Shown in pieces: positions 24,229 through 36,113 of a DNA stretch of 64,000 nt. Each line of letters opens with the position of its first letter. The first letter of the stretch is position 1. The notes below the pieces were generated by a model. That model was not told the DNA's origin. It searched no databases and saw only the letters and a program-made list of their open reading frames with translations. A program made the translations under genes and the position numbers. Source of the stretch: Octopus sinensis (Eukaryota); contig NC_043014.1 in the NCBI RefSeq assembly GCF_006345805.1, positions 42,036,001-42,100,000 of the forward strand. The letters are read 5' to 3'.

Positions 24229-26589
24229 CAGTGATTCCCAAGGTGGGGCGTACGCCCCACTGGTGGGGCCTGAGAAAATTCAGGTGGGGCGCGGGGCATA
24301 GACGTGGGCTGTGAAAATATTTGTACATGACGAGCGGTCATCGTGGGCACAACCTTAGATTCCGTCTTTCCTTTGTAGCCTCCACATCGGAAACTCTCGC
24401 ACCCCAACGAGACAAAGAAGATCCTGCACTGAGCAATAAACTTACTATTCAGATAAGCCAATCAATTGCCTCAATTAGTTTGCCTCAATTAGTCTTTTGT
24501 TAGCCCTATTGAAAATGAGCAAACCAAACAAGAAGAAGACTCGTCAATACGCGGTGGAGTTTTTGAAGTTTGGATTCATTCCTGATGAGCATAAACTGTT
24601 TTGCTTATTATGTAATCAGACGATGAGCAATGAGTCAATGAAGGCAGGTAGGCTGGAAGTGCACTTAAAGGTAAGACATCCTAATAATTCTAATTTAGAT
24701 TTGGAATACTTCAAATCATTGAAAGAAAAATTTAAAAACCGAACAAAACTCACTTCACTATTTCATGCAAAACAAGCGCCTCATACTCGTGCCCTTGAAG
24801 CCAGCTACGAAATCTCCTTGCTTATAGCAAAACATGGAAAGAATCACACTATTGGAGAGCAACTGATTAAACCTGCTATCTCAATATTCTTAAAAACTGT
24901 ATTACAAAAAGATGATGGAGATAGGACTATGCCACTCAGTAATAACACTGTCTCGAACAGAATAGATGAAATGGGGCAAGATGTTGAAAGCCAGCTCATT
25001 GAGAAATTAAAATTGCGTAAGTTTTCATTACAAATGGACGAATCCACAATCCGGGACAGTGAGGCTCTATTATTGACTTATGTGAGGTATATTGACCACA
25101 AGGAGTTTCAGGAAGAGATGCTGTTCTGCGAATCGTTTGAAACCACCACAACTGCAAATGATATTTACATCAAAATCAAACATTATTTGGATGCAAACAA
25201 ATACCAAAGGAAAACTTACTGGCATGTGCGGCAGACGGTGCACCTGCCATGATGGGCAAGAATACGGGATGCTTAAAAATGATGAAGGATGAAAATCCAA
25301 ACATGTTGACTGTCCATTGTGTAATACACCGAGAAAACTTGGTTGCCAAGAAATTGTCCCCTGTTCTTAACAAGATTCTTCAAAGTGTGATCAAGTGTGT
25401 CAACAGCATTAAAAGAAATTCTAAATCTCAAAGTCTTTTTAAGCAGTTTTGTATAAATCAAAGTGCCGAACATGTTCGATTATTGCTTCATACAGAAGTA
25501 AGATGGCTATCAAGTGGAAACTGCTTAAAGAGGTTCATGGAATTATTTGATCAGATTAACGACTTTCTTAGTGATAAATGTGAAATGAAATTGCTGTCAA
25601 CAACGGATGGAAAAGCATTTGTCAGTTATTTGACAGACATATTTGAGAAACTTGGAAACTTGAATAAACAACTTCAAGGTGCAAACATGACACTTATTGA
25701 TGCAAAAGCAAAGATTTTTGGATTTATTACAGCTCTCGAATTATGGAAAAAGAAATTTTCCAGAAGAAATTTCAGTGAACTTTACTGGTTGAGTAAATGT
25801 GAAATAACGAATGATGCTGGCATTGTAATTATTGATCATTTAAATATCTTGATAAAAGATTTCAATGACAGATTTTGCGATTTAAAGGCAATGAATTTTC
25901 CTTCTTGGTTAACTCAACCGCTTCTGATTAACGTTTCTGATGCTGCAATCCAATACCAAGAAGAGTTATCAGAATTACAACATGATGAATCAGTGAAGAC
26001 TTTGTTTAAATTGAAAGGTACAAAGATGTGGCTATATGACGAGGTTGAAAGAAAATATCCTAAAATTTCTACATCAGCGAGAGAGCTACTGATTCCTTTC
26101 CCTTCGTCTTATTTGGTCGAATGTGGTTTTAGTGCAGTTGATAATTTGCTCGAAGCCAAGAGAAACCGGCTTGAGATTACAAAACGTGGCGATTTACGAC
26201 TGAAATTAACAAAGTTGTCTCCTCAAATTAAAAACTTGTGCTGTATGCATCAGGCACAGGGTTCTCACTAAATTAGTCGAGCTGACCGTCAAATAATTGA
26301 ACTGAAAAAACGTGTTTCTTTATTCTTTATAAATTGACATTTTTTAAAAACATGAGAATCGTAATAATTTTATCGATTTATTGGGTGTTATGCACTTTCA
26401 GTGCCTGTTGTTTCAATTCTCAAACTATTTTTTTGTATTTTGAATACAATTTTTTAATTTTTGATTTTTTTTCAATTGTAAGTAGGCCCACATGTACTTG
26501 TAAATGTGAGTGGACATGGGAAAAGGTGGGGCGTAAAAACTTTTGCTATGAAAAAGTGGGGCGCCGGGAAAAAAGGTTGGGAAACACTG
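24229..26589 (+). mobile_element. full-length hAT transposon (Buster/Charlie type)
   Basis: TIRs CAGTGATTCCCAA / TTGGGAAACACTG; perfect 8-bp TSD CTCTAGAT (24221-24228, 26590-26597); subterminal GTGGGGCG repeats. Confidence 0.96.
24515..26271 (+). pseudogene. hAT transposase (~585 aa if a single 1-nt frameshift near 25200 is repaired)
   Basis: BED finger CLLC..H..H, LQMDEST, ADGAP, CVIHRE, VRWLS, LVECGFS; no other stops or frameshifts seen. Confidence 0.92.
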
Positions 26590-29500
26590 CTCTAGATGGA
26601 TATCCGTGCTAGAAATAGCAGCCAAATCTTTCTTAAACTACACCCTTCAGTCTTGACTCTTTTCCTATCAAAAACATTTTCATAAGTGTACTAAACATTC
26701 ATGCTTGCTTTCTGACTTTTAGTTAGCCCTTGTTACATATGTTCTGAGCAATATAAAGCTTTCCTTTCACAGAACATAGGACAAGCAAAGGGTTGATAAA
26801 AACAAAAACTCAGATAATGTACTTCAAGTTATGGCATGGGTTGAATGGCTCGACAGGAATTAGCAATCTCAGAGGCAACACCAGGTTCCATAGACTTGAT
26901 TTCAAAAGCTGGATGCTGCTCCTAACACCAACCACTTTACAGTGTGTACTGGGTGCCTTTTTACGTGACACTAGCAGCAGTGATGAGAATAAAAAACAGG
27001 ATGCCCAACAATGGGTCTTCTCAATTAGGGCCAAACAACAAGGTGGCGAGCTGGCAGAAACGTTAGCACACCAGGCGAAATGCTTAGTGGCATTTCGTCT
27101 ATCTTTATGTTCTGAGTTCAAATTTCGCCAAGGTTGACTTTGCCTTTAATCCTTTCTGAGTCGATTAAATAAGTATCAGTTATGCACTGGGGTCGATGTA
27201 ATCAACTTGATCCGTGTGTCTGTCCTTGTTTTTCCCCTCTGTGTTTAGCCCCTTGTGGGTAGTAAAGAAATAGGTATTTCGTCTGTCTTTATGTTCTGAG
27301 TTCAAATTCTGCCAAGGTTGACTTCGCCTTTCATCCTTTCGGGGGTTGATAAATCAAGTACCAGTTACATACAGCGGTCGATCTAATTGACTGGCCCTGC
27401 TCCTCAAACATTTTGAGCCTTGTGCCTAGAGTAAAAAAGAATCAAAGCCAAACAACAAAAAAGACAACTATTGCTTCAGCTTATAGTAGCTTTCTACATG
27501 TAGCCGCTCCTACATGTTGTAGCTCCTACATGTAGCAGCTCTTACATGTAGCAGATACGACAACCTCCTGTGAATATAAAACAGTTGTTTCAAATAATTA
27601 AACTCAAACAAACATAATTACATGAAATTTTCAATTTCCTTTATTTCATTCTTTGAATATTTTTAAATCTTTTTTTTTTTTTCATATATATAATTTGTGT
27701 TACCAGTTATCCCAATATTCCGTTTTCTGTTTTATATAACAATAATAATAATGGTAATAATAATTATAATAACAACAACGATTATTTTCCCCCTTTTTTT
27801 TATTCTAGAGATGACGTCTCTTTTTTTTTTCTAGTAGCATGAGGATAAGTTTAATGAATTCTTTACTTTTTAAATTTGGCATAAAGCCACAAATACCTAG
27901 GATGGGAACATGTTTATTTGATTGAATATACCCTAGAATTTTACAGGTAAATACATACATACATACATACATACATACATACATACATACATACATACAT
28001 AACTTCAAAAGGCTGAAAGGAAAATTTGAACCCAAAAAGCTAAAGCACTAAGTCAGTCACATGTCTAACATATGTGGAATAAAGATTTTTACAGAAGCCA
28101 TAAGTCGAGTTTCCTGGAAGAAGGACAGATATATAATTGATTTTGTGGACAGCACCCTCCCTCCCAATATATTATTGGTATGTATTTTATTGACTCAAAA
28201 TGGATGGATATAAGGCCAATGACAACCTGCTAGGGCAGTTGGTTACTCATACTGTTCCAGATTGTCTGAGATGTAGCACAAATGAATCCAAAGACAATGT
28301 TCTCTCCAAGTCTTTTAGCAAAATAAATTAAATAAATAGAACTCTTCTGTGACAATATTAAACAGGTAATACTGATTTTTGATATGAACAGGAAATATAA
28401 AAACTTTCATGGGATAAGATTCTGTGGCATTCATGCCTTTCTTTGAATGTCACAGAATTTTTATTTTTCGATGGACATGAATAAAATGGTCTCAAATGAA
28501 TATTTGACAAGGGACTTTATTTGCCGAGAATAATCAAACGGCCCCATGATTACTGGTTGCTATTTAATGATAATAATAATCCTTCCTACTAATGGCGCAA
28601 AGCCTGAAATTTGGGTGAGAGAGGGGCTAGTCGATTACATTGACCTCAGTGTGAAACTGGTACTTATTTCATTGGCCCTGAAAGGATAAAAGGCAAAGTT
28701 GACTTCGGCAGAACTTGAACTCAGAACCTAAGGATGGATGAAATGCCGCCAAGCATTTCGTCCAGAGTGCTAACAATTCTGCCAACTCACTGTCTTAATA
28801 ATAATAATAATGATGATAACCTTTTCTACTATAGGCACAAGGCCTGGATTTTGTAAGGAGGGGGACAGTCGATCACATCGAGCCAGTACACAACTGGTAC
28901 TTAATTTATCAACCTTGAAAGGATGAAAGCCAAAGTTGACCTCGGTGGAATTTGAACTCAGAACAGATTCTGCCAGCTCATGCTTTAATAATAATAATAA
29001 TAATAAAAAAATAATAATAACAACAATAATTCTTTCTAATGGAATCACAAGGCCTCAAATTTGGGGAAGAGATTAAGTTGATAACATCAACTCCAGTGTG
29101 TAACTGGTACTTATTTAATCAACCCTAAAAGGATGAAAGGCAAAGTCAACCTCGGCGGCAACAGTTCTTTTGGCATGCTGCCTTAATAATAATAATAATA
29201 TTTTCTACTAAAGGCACAAGGTCAACCCATGTACTGGACCAGTACTTATTTCACAAACCCTAAAAGGTCGAAAAACAAAGTCGACCTTGACAGAATTTGA
29301 ACTCAGAACATAAAGACAGACAAAATGCTGGTTAACATTTTGTCCAGTGCACTAACAACTCAGCCAGCTCACTGCCATCTTAGTAATAATGGTAATAATA
29401 ATATCACTATTCTTTCTAATTTGGGGGACAAGGCTGGTAATTTTTTTAGAGGAAGGAAGAAGTGGATTACATCAACCTCAATATTTAACTGGTATTTATC

Positions 29501-29637
29501 TTAACGCTGACCCATATAAGCAAAGAAAGCGAGATAGTAAAATGATGATGATCGCCGTGATGACATGCCGACACAGATCTCGATTTTAGATCCTCCATTG
29601 GATTGATCTTATATTACTGGATTAAATGCCTAACAAG

Positions 29638-29680
<43 letters not shown>

Positions 29681-30802
29681 TGTGTGTTTCTTTTGGGTTG
29701 GTTTTCCTTTTCAGCGAATCCCTCTGGAAGTCAAAAGCTTAAGTACCTGTAAAAGTACTGGGGTCTCTCTATTCCATTGATGCATGCACTGCTACTGTAC
29801 AAAAACCGACATTATAATTATTTGCACCAATTATTACTGCTTTACTATTGTTATTCGAACAAAACCCAATTTTTATAAAAAAAAAAAAAAAAGCCCCGGG
29901 ATGTCACACAGACACACACAAAAGACATTCACATGCATACACACAACCATACGATAATACTTACATTCATAATTTGCATATCACATACGTCGTATACATG
30001 ATAACAAGAGTTAAATGATTCGATAAGTTTGTTTTGTTTTGTTTTGGTTTCTTTTTTTTTTTTTGTTTTGCAATAAAATAAAATAGAAATAAAAATAACA
30101 ACAACAGCAAGAGCACCTGCAAGAACAACAACAACAACAACAACACCGAAGTGATATCATTAAACTCAGATTGAGCCGCTTCATGGAATCAAAATATTAA
30201 ACTAAAAACTTAAGAGTGAAATAAAGGAAAACTATAAGGCTGCTGCTGCTGCTGCTTGTGGGGTTATAGGACAGGTGTGTGAACAGAGAGACAGGTAGAC
30301 AGACAGGTAAGTACCAGCAGTCACATGGACAGGTATGCTTTCATTAGTTGCTTTAGCGGGCCTGCATAGTTACGTGCAAACATAGAGACCCCTCTCAATT
30401 GTCCTGCCCTTTAACACTGTGGCATATGCAGTATGTGAGAGAGAGGGGGGGGGGAGAGGGAGCGAGAGAGAGAGAGAGGAGAGAAAGAGAGACAGGTGAC
30501 AGAGAGGGAGAGAGAGTTTTACACCAGCATTCAGGTGGTGCTCATCTGCAGCCTTCAGAGACTGGAGCAACGTGGAATGAAGTGTCTTTGTTCAAAGGAC
30601 TCAATGCACGACCTTTGTCCAAGAACTGAACCCATGAAATTGCGACTGTGAGCCTAACACCATAACCACTAGGAAATGAGCCTAGATGGACAGACAGACA
30701 GACAGACAGGCAGGCAGGCAGATCTAGTTGGCCAGCTAGATAGATATTCTTTTATTTGTTTCAGTCATTTGACTGCGGCCATGCTAGAGCACCGCCTTTG
30801 GG

Positions 30803-31040
30803 TTACACTCTGGGGAGACCTTGAAGCAAGCATTGCAAGACAAGTGTTAGACTGGCAACCTAAAGGAAAGAGGGAAGTTGGATGAGCTTAGAAGACCTGG
30901 AAAGGATGCATGGAGGATGAAGTAAAACCAATCATTCTCTCTTGGTCTGAGATCAAGGAGGTAGCCCAAGATCACATCCACTGGCCCTATGAAATGGTCA
31001 CAGCCCTTTGCTCCTTACAGAGCAACGTGGACTAACTGAT
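30803..31040 (+). mobile_element. RTE-clade LINE 3' end relic
   Basis: SIARQVLDWQPKGKREVG...KTWK...SWSEIKEVAQD..W...ALCS pattern. Confidence 0.75.
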
Positions 31041-31133
31041 ACCAGAACCATCTAATAAAACCTATAGAGTGATCCTATTAATGCTACAGCCTATCAAATA
31101 AGACATGATCTTATCGACACCACAACCTTTTAA

Positions 31134-31354
31134 CCCTTTCGTTACCAACCCGGCTGAAACCGCCTCTGGCTCTGTAGTACAAATGCCTTGTTTTCATAAG
31201 TTTTGAATTAAAATCTTCCACCAAACCTTAGTCACAATTTATGTTCCTAACACTAGATGAATGATAACTAAGTTATTTCATGAAATTCTTTGTTATATTT
31301 AATGTAATTGAAAGAAACACAGAACCCCTCAAAATAAATTCAGTAACGAAAGGG
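31134..31354. mobile_element. piggyBac-type MITE
   Basis: TTAA-CCCTTTCGTTAC ... GTAACGAAAGGG-TTAA; partial second copy ends at ~35783. Confidence 0.85.
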
Positions 31355-31887
31355 TTAATAAGACTTATTGACTGATATTATTGTTAATTGCTCCTATTCA
31401 TTTTGAAATCTACAAATAAAACATATTGACAGATCCTATACACGTTGCGAACAGGAAAATATTCTAGATCAAATTTTTGAAAAACAAACTTTTTTTATTA
31501 AATCAAACTTACTGAAAATTATGATCTTATAAGACTATGAAAACAACTGATCAGGGTCTTAATCTATATACGGGCAAGCCTATAGATGTCACAACCATTC
31601 AGAGATCCTATAGATGATGTCACAGCCTATTGAAACGGATACCTATTGACGCTACTATCTTATTGAATGGCTCACAGCCTGCTGCCAATTTATAGCACCA
31701 AAACTTGAAAATATTTATGTAACAGCCAACCAATCAGGAGTGACCAGAGACTGGGGTGGGGGGAGACACTGAAGAAAGAGTGGGGTGGAGACGGAGAGGA
31801 AGAAATAGGAGGGGCAGTGCCAGAGAATCGAGCTTGCTTCACTTACAGCAGCTGGAGCACAGGAGAGGTGTAGTAATAATAGCGGTG

Positions 31888-31918
<31 letters not shown>

Positions 31919-32697
31919 CAGCAGCAGTAGCAGTAGTAGTAGTAGTAGTAGTAGCAGTGGTACAGACAATGTAGGTAGGAATCACCAAGTTTTAACCCAT
32001 CTGATACTGCCCACCTTTTATACCTATACCTACCAAAACACCAGTAGTACAGATGAGAGAGAGAGAGAGAAAGAGAATATAAAAGGACACTTGATAGCCA
32101 CTGGCTATTACAGAGAATACTACCACAATAGTTACTGTTGTTTGTTACTGTTACTGCTGTTGTTGTTGTTGTTGCTGTTGTTGTCATCGAAGTGTGACAT
32201 GGTCACATTAAAATCGTGGAGAGTGGGTTAAGAAAAAAAAAAATAGAAATAAAAATTCTGCTGGTAGAGTGTGAAAAAAAAAAATATACATATATATAAA
32301 TTAAAGATTAACAGCAGTGTAACCAATAATTCTGTAAGTATTTGACCGTGTTGACCTGTAAAATAGGGCCCTTTACAGGCATTGCTCCCAACATTTTAAA
32401 ACGACCTCTACCAATTTTCTGCAGACTTCCAGCTGAAAAGATATAGAATTTAAAGAGAAATGGTTTATTAAACAAAAGCTAATAAAAGCAGGAAAAAAAA
32501 ATGTTTATAGAGGATGCAGATGTGGGTATGTGGTTAGGGAGTTTGCTTCTCAACCATATGGACTTGGGTTCAATCCCATTGCATAGTTCTACAGTTCCTT
32601 GGGCAAAGGTCTTCTTCTATAGCCCTGCACCAGCAAAAGTAATGGACATGGATTTAGCAGATTGAAACTGAAAGAGCCCATGATTCATTCATTCATA

Positions 32698-32740
<43 letters not shown>

Positions 32741-33080
32741 TATACATATAGTGTATATATATAAAATGATGGCTTGTTGCCAACTTAATGCAGCAGTCCC
32801 AGGAAAGGGAAGAATGTTACTGTTATTTAGCCCAAGAAATACCGTCTCTAGTTGGTTACGCAACACAAGTGTTCTGTGTCCTTAAGTTTTCACCTCCACA
32901 CAAATTATAAATATATATACCTATATGAAAGTTAAGAAGCTAGCTTATTGTAAACTTCTTAATTATGCAACTATATGTGTGTGGTGTGTGTGTCTGTGTG
33001 CCAACATATGAAAAATAGAAAACAGTAAAGAAAAAATAACACAAATTTAATAAAAGAATCTCAAAATATATATTTACCTC

Positions 33081-33143
33081 TTACGCATTGGGGTTTGTGC
33101 TCATCATTTTCAAGTCTGATTCCACCATCTCTCTCACCAACAT
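33081..33143 (-). CDS. GMDS: GDP-mannose 4,6-dehydratase, last coding exon (MLVREMVESDLKMMSTNPNA*)
   Basis: tctctag acceptor; 63 nt including TAA; matches GMDS C-terminus ...TNPNA. Confidence 0.93.
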   Translation of the reverse strand: MLVREMVESDLKMMSTNPNA

Positions 33144-33431
33144 CTAGAGAGAGAGAAAGAGAGAGAGTGAGAAAGAGAGTGAGAGAGAGAGAGAGAAGAG
33201 AGGCCAGAGGTAAGCAGATGAAGGCTAAAAGCAAAATATTTAAGAAAATCTTTCAATGGTAAAAATAAATTACTTCAATAATTATTGCAACTTTACGGAG
33301 ATGTACTTGCATAGCAAGTGACCTGATCTGAGATCGTGTGCTGAAACAAACAATTGCAGAGTGGAAGGTGTTTGTAAGCCATTTAAGAAACACACAAAAG
33401 CCGTTTGATTCATTTCAACATTTAAGTTTAA

Positions 33432-33482
33432 TTTGTCAAAATATTTTCGTCGCTATGGGACCGCGACCTGTTCACTGACAAA
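33432..33482 (-). ncRNA. minimal type I hammerhead-like motif with G3-C8 core
   Basis: TTTGTCA-GTGAACA-G-GTCGC-GGTCCCATA-GCGAC-GAAA-ATAT-TT-TGACAAA. Confidence 0.55.
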
Positions 33483-34465
33483 AATCCGTGCTGCATCTGA
33501 GAAAGTAACAGATAGTTCGTCATATATATGTACGTATGTATGTGTGTATGTATGTATGCATGCATGTATGCATACATGCATGTATGTATGTACGTACGTA
33601 TGCATGTGTGTATGTATGTATGTGTGTGTGTGTGTGTGCATATACACACGCACACACACACACTAAACTTTGAGAAAATTGACGAAACCAAGGGGAGTGT
33701 GCACTCATGCAAGTAGAGATGCATATGAATGTTGATGGTCTATGCTTGTCGCAGCTTTAGGATGATATTGCTGCACCTTTACTTTTTTACTTGTTTCAGT
33801 CATTTGACTGTGGCCATGCTGGAGCACAGCCTTTAGTCGAGCAAATCGACCCCAGGACTTATTCTTTGTAAGCCTAGCACTTATTCTATCGGTCTCTTTT
33901 GCCAAACCGCTAGTTATGAGGACATAAACACACCAGCATCGGTTGTCAAGCGATGTTGGGGGAACAAACACAGACACATAAACGTATACACACACACATC
34001 CATATATATATATATATATATAAATATACATACATATATACGATGTGCTTCTTTCAGTTTCCGTCTACGAAATCCACTCACAAGGCTCTGGTCAGCCTGA
34101 AGCTATAGTGGAAAACACTTGCCCAAGGTGCCATGCAGTGGGACTGAACCCAGAACCATGTGGTTGGGAAGCAAGCTTCTTATCACACAGCTGCACCTGT
34201 GCCTGTCTTAGAAAAGACTTATCCAAGCTCCCTATATATATATATTCTTTATTTCCATTCTCCACTGCACCGGACGATAACAAAATGTTTTGTTGATTGT
34301 TTTTTTTTTAGGCATGACTGTGTGGTAAGAAGCTTGCTTCCTAACCACATGGTTCCGAGTTCAGTCCCACTGCATGGAACCTTGGACAAGTGTTTTTAAC
34401 TCTTGCCTTGAGCCGACCGAAACTTTGTGAATGGATTTGATTGATGGAAACTGAAAGAAGCCAGT

Positions 34466-34498
<33 letters not shown>

Positions 34499-34882
34499 CT
34501 TTGTGTTTGTCCCCCACCACTGCTTGACAACCAGTGTTGGTGTGTTTACATCCCTGCAACTTAGCAGTTCAGCAAAAGAGACTAATAGAATAAGCACAAG
34601 GTTTTAGAATAAATAAGTACTGAGGCCAATTCATTCGACTAAAAATTCTTGAAGGCAGTGCTCCAACATGACCACAGTCTAATGATCCCAATGCAAGTGG
34701 CACATCAGCCAAATATACATACATACATACCTACATACATACATAGTGAAAGACAATGTTTTGCATATAACTACATACACAACTATGAATGCAGGAAAGG
34801 AGATGCATGTGTGTGCATGCGTGTGTGTGTGTGTGTGTGATCATAAATAGGTTAAAAACATGAAAAGCTTTAGAAGACTTAC

Positions 34883-34951
34883 CTTGAAATCATACTTCCT
34901 GGACCATTTTAATTTCTCTTTGGCTTTTGAACAATCTCCCAAAAGTAGATC
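34883..34951 (-). CDS. GMDS: GMDS exon (DLLLGDCSKAKEKLKWSRKYDFK)
   Basis: 69 nt, ag/gtaagt boundaries, frame-compatible. Confidence 0.93.
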
Positions 34952-35075
34952 CTATTCAAGAATTATAAAATTTACAATGTAGAATTAGTATATAATTGTC
35001 ACTTCAAGAAGAAAGTATATTCTGTAACAGAGAAATGAAGATCCAATTTGTATATTTTTATAATTGTACTTTATA

Positions 35076-35203
35076 ATCTCTGACGAGGCCTTGAGATATA
35101 TATATATAAGTAACTCATTTTTAACTGCATATTACCTCAATACATCTGACTAATATAGGCACAATGAGATACCTTTATCTACTGGCTGAAACAGCTGTAA
35201 GAT
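35076..35203 (+). ncRNA. type I hammerhead-like motif with 93-nt stem II loop
   Basis: ATCT-CTGACGA-GGCC...GGCT-GAAA-CAGCTG-TA-AGAT. Confidence 0.5.
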
Positions 35204-36097
35204 CCATTTTATGTGTATTATTTTTATGGTATTATCTTACTTATTGATGTATATTGTTTTATTCTGTTGGATTTAGATGTTCCTATTTAAGTAGTTAATA
35301 AATAATATGAATTGGTAATATCTGTAAGTCGATGATTTAAAGGAATCTGTTCCTCCATTTTCTTATATATATATATATATATCATCATCATCATCATCAT
35401 CATCATTTAACGTCCGCTTTCCATGCTAGCATGGGTTGGACGGTTCAACTGGGGTCTGGGGAGCCCGAAAGCTGCACCAGTCCAGTCAGATCTGGCAGTG
35501 TTTCTACAGCTGGATGCCCTTCCTAACGCCAACCACTCCGAGAGTGTAGTGGGTGATTTTATGTGCCACCGACACAGGTGCCAGACGAGGCTGACAAACG
35601 GCCACGCTCGGATGGTGTTTTTTATGTGCCACCGACACAGGTGCCAGACGAGGCTGGCAGACGGCCAATATATATATATATATATATAAGTGTGTGTGTG
35701 TGTGTGTGTGTGCGTATGTGTGTTATATTTAAGAATTGAAAGAAACACAGAGCATCTCAAAATAAATACAGTAACGAAAGGGTTATTCAATTATAAGCAG
35801 AAGGCCTGAAAGTTCAAAGGAGGGGATAAGTCAATTACATCGACCACCCAGTGCTTGAAAGGATGAAAGGCAAAGTCAGCCTTGATAGAATTTGAACTCA
35901 GAACATAGACAGTCGTAACACCACAAAAGCATTTCGCCCAGTGTGCTAACAGCTCTCCAGCTCACCACCTTAATAATAATAATAATAATTTTACTTAAAC
36001 AAATACTTCGTGAATGCTTAACAGATGTGTAAATGCTGCCTCATGACTGACTGGGCAAACAGCTAAGTCATGTCTGAAATATATAATTACATGTATA

Positions 36098-36113
36098 GCC
36101 ACCAGATGGCGGC
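36098..36113 (+). promoter_or_regulatory. CTCF-like binding motif
   Basis: GCCACCAGATGGCGGC resembles the CTCF core CCACCAGRKGGCGC; lies in non-SINE sequence. Confidence 0.45.

Noticed and set aside
28095-28177. Apparent exon AISRVSWKKDRYIIDFVDSTLPPNILL with AG/GT ends
   Set aside because: Overlaps a decayed family B SINE and is frame-incompatible with the neighbouring candidate at ~27887-27946.
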